From positions 1 through 32,000 of the forward strand of contig CAIQHU010000127.1 of the NCBI GenBank assembly GCA_903871735.1: a stretch of 32,000 bases of DNA. The letters run 5' to 3'. The DNA comes from an uncultured beta proteobacterium (lineage in GTDB: Bacteria > Pseudomonadota > Gammaproteobacteria > Burkholderiales > Burkholderiaceae). This document shows, piece by piece, positions 28,754 to 32,000 of this stretch. Position numbers and translations under genes: made by a program. How positions within the stretch are numbered: the stretch's first letter is position 1; each line of letters opens with the position of its first letter. Under the pieces are notes generated by a model. The model ran no database searches. It was not told the origin of the DNA and worked only from the letters and a program-made list of their open reading frames with translations.

Positions 28754-29302
28754 TTAAATACCTTGTCCTAAGCGCAACTCCCAAGCCCGTTGACGCTCAA
28801 ATGGTGTGTTTCCTAAAGCCCAAAATGCCCGAGCATCTGTTAAGCCATAATTGGGGTCCTCTCCAATATGAATTCGATAACTGGACCAACGGTACTCCTT
28901 CGGGTGGGTTACTAAGCCCTCACTCACAGCAGCAAACTCGATTCGAGCTTGGGTTTCGAGCAAATCCAAATCCGCCTGGATTACCTTCGATACGTATCTG
29001 CCCTGCCAAATTGTTCCAGCCTGCCCATGCAATTGATTAAATAACTGCGTATATCTGCGCCCAAAGGATTGCATCGTCCTTGCCAAACTTTGCGCGTGGT
29101 TTGGAGTTGCTAATAATTCAATCCGATTTGCCAAAATACAGTACGCATGAACTGCTAATTCGTAATGCTTTGACGCGTCACGTAACCACGCCAAAGAACT
29201 GAGTTTTAATTCGTCACTTAAAAATATCGGTGATATGGCTCGTCCTCTTGCGACGATATGCATAGCTTGACCCGGAATTACTTCTCGTGCCTTTCTTGCC
29301 AT
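28754..29302 (-). CDS. IS200/Y1-transposase-fold protein (RAYT-like) with degenerate catalytic motifs
   Basis: The family pattern is present: HIVARGRA..IF, VHAYCILAN..LLATP, WQGRY.S and EGLV..P.EYRWSSY. The expected HUH (N-H-x-H-L-L) reads NRIELL, and the expected R-Y-I-x-x-N-P-V reads ARIEFAAV. The start lies 5 nt after the mrcA stop. Confidence 0.8.
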   Translation of the reverse strand: MARKAREVIPGQAMHIVARGRAISPIFLSDELKLSSLAWLRDASKHYELAVHAYCILANRIELLATPNHAQSLARTMQSFGRRYTQLFNQLHGQAGTIWQGRYVSKVIQADLDLLETQARIEFAAVSEGLVTHPKEYRWSSYRIHIGEDPNYGLTDARAFWALGNTPFERQRAWELRLGQGI

Positions 29303-29307
29303 GACTT

Positions 29308-31548
29308 CTAATCTTTCAATGAGGGATATTTGGGGCGAGCTGTAAATTCTGGAATAACCCAGTCACCATCCTCCCATTCAACTCCAGCTGGCTTAACTCT
29401 GGGCATATCAGGTACGTCAGCTAATGCCCGCGTCATGTAGTTAATCCACACGGGCAAGGAGAGTCCTCCGCCAGTCTCATTACTACCTAAACTGCGAGGC
29501 TTATCAAACCCCATCCAAACCACTGCGCTTACTTTTGGATGGTATCCAGCAAACCAAGCGTCGTGCGCATCATTAGTCGTTCCAGTTTTCCCGGCAATGT
29601 CTGTTCTCCCTAGCTTAACCCTAGCAGATGCGGCAGTTCCTGAACGGGTCACTTCTTGGAGCAAACTGTCTGCAACAAAGGCGGTGCGCTCATCCAAAAC
29701 ACGTAAGCTTTCATCACCGACGGCTTGCGGACTAGCCTCAAAAATAATCTTTCCCCTCATATCAACAATACGACTAATTAAATAAGGCTCCACGCCATAT
29801 CCGCCATTAGCAAAAATACTATATCCAACCGCCATCTGCAACGGCGTAGCAGAACCAGCGCCAAGAGCTAATGTCAAATACGGCGGATGCTTTTCGGCCT
29901 CAAACCCAAATTTCTGAATAAAGCCCTGGGCATATACCGGCCCAATTGCCCGCATAATTCGCACAGTAGCTAAATTTTTAGATCGCGCTAAAGCCGCTCT
30001 GACGGTCATCAAACCCTCAGTTTTACCATCATAGTTTTTCGGCTCCCAAGGTTTACTGCCTGTCTCTGCGCCACCAATTGACAAATAAGCATCATTCACA
30101 AGAGTTCTGGGCATAATGCCCTTCTCAAGCGCAGCTGCGTATATAAAAGGCTTAAAAGAGGACCCGGGTTGACGCTGCGCCTGCATCGCATGATTAAACT
30201 GCCCTCGTCGAAAGTCAAACCCTCCAGACATCGCTAAGATTGCACCTGTTTGCGGGTTTAATGAAATCAATGCCGATTCAACCTCTGGCATTTGAACAAT
30301 CTGAAATGTGTTGTTAGAAGAAGGCATTACTCGGACGATGGAGCCCTTCTTAATCCTTAATTTTGGTTGGGCACTCGGGCTTAAGGCCTCTTTCACAAAA
30401 CTTAAACCAGCCCCCTTAATTGAAACCATCTCGCCAGAGGAAATAAATACCTTTAACTCACTCGAGCTCGCTTCTAATACTACCCCTGATTGAATCTCAT
30501 CACTACTAGGGTGACTGATTAGCGCCTCGTCCAAAGCTCTTTTCATTTGCTTACTGTCAAACGACGCGTTCGGAATCTCCACAAAACCTTCTGGGCCACG
30601 ATAACCGTGTTTTAAATCATAATCAATAATACCTTTTCGAACCGCTTGATAGGCAGCTTCTTGATGCACCTTTTTTACGGTTGTATAAACCTTTAAACCT
30701 TGTACATACACATTCTCGCCATACATAGTCACTAGTAACTGCCTGGCATACTCAGCAACATAATCGGCACGCACGTTAAATTCTTTACCTAAGCCTTTTA
30801 CGAGTAACTCTTCGAGCATCGCCTCTGCATAGTCGTTACTCGAAATATATTTCAAATCACGCATCCGTTGCAAGATGTACTCCTGCCGAATCTTTGCGCG
30901 ACGAAAATTGACAACGGGATTGTATGCGGACGGCGCCTTAGGTAATCCTGCCAGCATCGCCGACTCGGCAATACTCAGTTCATTCACATTCTTACCAAAA
31001 TAAATTCTCGCAGCACTCGCAAATCCATAGGACCTTTGTCCAAGGTAAATTTGATTCATATACAACTCAAGAATCTTATCTTTGGAAAGATTTTGCTCAA
31101 TTTTCCAAGCTAACAATATTTCATAGAGTTTGCGCGTTAAGGTCTTCTCATTGGATAAAAAGAAATTCCTAGCAACTTGCATCGTAATCGTTGACGCACC
31201 TTGAGACATACCACCGCCCAAATTGACTAAAGCAGCCCGCGCTACTCCCTGAAAATCAACTCCATGGTGTTCATAAAATCGATCATCCTCAATGGATAGG
31301 ACGGCTTTTTTTAGCGCATCCGGAAATTTCGCAATCGGAGTAACATTCCGTCGTTCCTCACCAAATTCACCAATCATTTCTTCATCAGCTGAATAAATAC
31401 GTAAAGGGACTTTTGGTTGATAGTCCGTTACCGCCTCTAAAGACGGCAGATTTGGCGTGGCGATGATAATGGCAAAAACCAGTAAAATTGCGCCCGCAAT
31501 CATCCCACCAATAGACGCTAAACCAAGATACAAAATAATCTTTTTCAT
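29308..31548 (-). CDS. mrcA: Penicillin-binding protein 1A (bifunctional transglycosylase/transpeptidase)
   Basis: N-terminal TM helix. Glycosyltransferase motifs SIEDDRFYEHHG and RKLYE. Transpeptidase motifs SSFKP, SKN and KTGTT. 746 aa. Confidence 0.95.
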   Translation of the reverse strand: MKKIILYLGLASIGGMIAGAILLVFAIIIATPNLPSLEAVTDYQPKVPLRIYSADEEMIGEFGEERRNVTPIAKFPDALKKAVLSIEDDRFYEHHGVDFQGVARAALVNLGGGMSQGASTITMQVARNFFLSNEKTLTRKLYEILLAWKIEQNLSKDKILELYMNQIYLGQRSYGFASAARIYFGKNVNELSIAESAMLAGLPKAPSAYNPVVNFRRAKIRQEYILQRMRDLKYISSNDYAEAMLEELLVKGLGKEFNVRADYVAEYARQLLVTMYGENVYVQGLKVYTTVKKVHQEAAYQAVRKGIIDYDLKHGYRGPEGFVEIPNASFDSKQMKRALDEALISHPSSDEIQSGVVLEASSSELKVFISSGEMVSIKGAGLSFVKEALSPSAQPKLRIKKGSIVRVMPSSNNTFQIVQMPEVESALISLNPQTGAILAMSGGFDFRRGQFNHAMQAQRQPGSSFKPFIYAAALEKGIMPRTLVNDAYLSIGGAETGSKPWEPKNYDGKTEGLMTVRAALARSKNLATVRIMRAIGPVYAQGFIQKFGFEAEKHPPYLTLALGAGSATPLQMAVGYSIFANGGYGVEPYLISRIVDMRGKIIFEASPQAVGDESLRVLDERTAFVADSLLQEVTRSGTAASARVKLGRTDIAGKTGTTNDAHDAWFAGYHPKVSAVVWMGFDKPRSLGSNETGGGLSLPVWINYMTRALADVPDMPRVKPAGVEWEDGDWVIPEFTARPKYPSLKD

Positions 31549-31748
31549 TCGAGTAACCTTCTAGTAAAAAAGACTCCTATTGCATATCTGCATTGCCAAG
31601 ATTTTGCAGGCTTAAAAAGTGAATTCTTACACATCCGACAATTATAAAGTCGTGTTGATGCCTACTGATGCCTTTCCTACAAATAAATGCGTAGTTTCGT
31701 TCGTCTGATGCCACCCCATCGATTGAGAAAACATTTGAAAATAAGCAC

Positions 31749-32000
31749 ATGCTTAAACGAAAAATTTCGATGCAATCTTTTGATGACCTATTACAAGATC
31801 AATCCAAAAGTACCTCATATAACACCACAAATCATGCTGCAAGCTCAGTAACAGAAACTTTAGTGGATCCACAAACTGGCGAATTACTTCACAGCTATCC
31901 AGAAAATGCCGGCGGTAGCCAAGCCCATCAGCCATTTGCATTCGATGAGCCCAAAACACCATTTAACCAGCAAGATAACTCTTTTGCAAAGGCCAAACCC
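31749..32000 (+). CDS. 5' part of an unknown plus-strand gene divergent from mrcA, running off the window
   Basis: My own translation from the ATG at 31749 gives 84 codons with no stop to the window end (MLKRKISMQSFDDLLQDQ...). There is no clear Shine-Dalgarno. It looks more protein-like than the antisense 69-aa ORF in the track. Confidence 0.35.
   Translation, partial: MLKRKISMQSFDDLLQDQSKSTSYNTTNHAASSVTETLVDPQTGELLHSYPENAGGSQAHQPFAFDEPKTPFNQQDNSFAKAKP

Noticed and set aside
31753-31962. 69-aa minus-strand ORF upstream of mrcA
   Set aside because: It is Trp/Cys/His-rich and non-protein-like. The opposite strand carries an open frame from 31749 to the window end that looks more plausible.
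1-32000. CRISPR arrays, tRNA/rRNA/tmRNA genes (for example as an integration target for the recombinase), retron- or DGR-type reverse transcriptases, IS elements with terminal inverted repeats
   Set aside because: Reading the intergenic regions, I found no regularly spaced direct repeats, no cloverleaf-like sequences and no RT or DDE transposase ORFs. This was a visual scan, so tRNAscan-SE, Infernal and ISfinder runs would be needed to exclude small elements formally.

Overview
About 5.1-31.6 kb is a long, almost entirely minus-strand run of conserved betaproteobacterial housekeeping genes. In map order these are tatC-tatB-tatA, a HIT protein, hisE-hisI-hisF-hisA-hisH-hisB, hisC (the only plus-strand gene in the run), hisD-hisG, murA, a BolA-like gene, an ABC-2 exporter pair, the mla genes (STAS/mlaB-like, mlaC, mlaA, mlaD, mlaE, mlaF), a cyclase-family gene, gltD-gltB, a degenerate RAYT-like gene and mrcA. 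The gene order and moderate-to-low G+C suggest a low-GC Burkholderiales genome (Polynucleobacter-like), but this is inference only. The left ~3.6 kb differs in composition and content and looks accessory. It holds the 3' end of an unknown gene coupled to a very low-GC orphan gene, and a catalytic-domain-only tyrosine recombinase that abuts that orphan gene stop-to-stop. Next comes an ~0.8 kb ORF-poor stretch with extreme strand asymmetry and several strong hairpins, then a small divergent gene pair of unknown function, and finally a classical porin with a clean terminator. This left module is the best candidate for something undescribed, such as a recombinase-linked switch, a long structured RNA or a small integrative element. 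I cannot assign it a function from sequence alone, and its left boundary lies outside the window. Secondary oddities are the inverted hisC inside the his operon and a RAYT-like protein that has lost its HUH and Tyr motifs, follows mrcA by 5 nt and sits next to a REP-like palindrome. I saw no rRNA, tRNA or CRISPR array.
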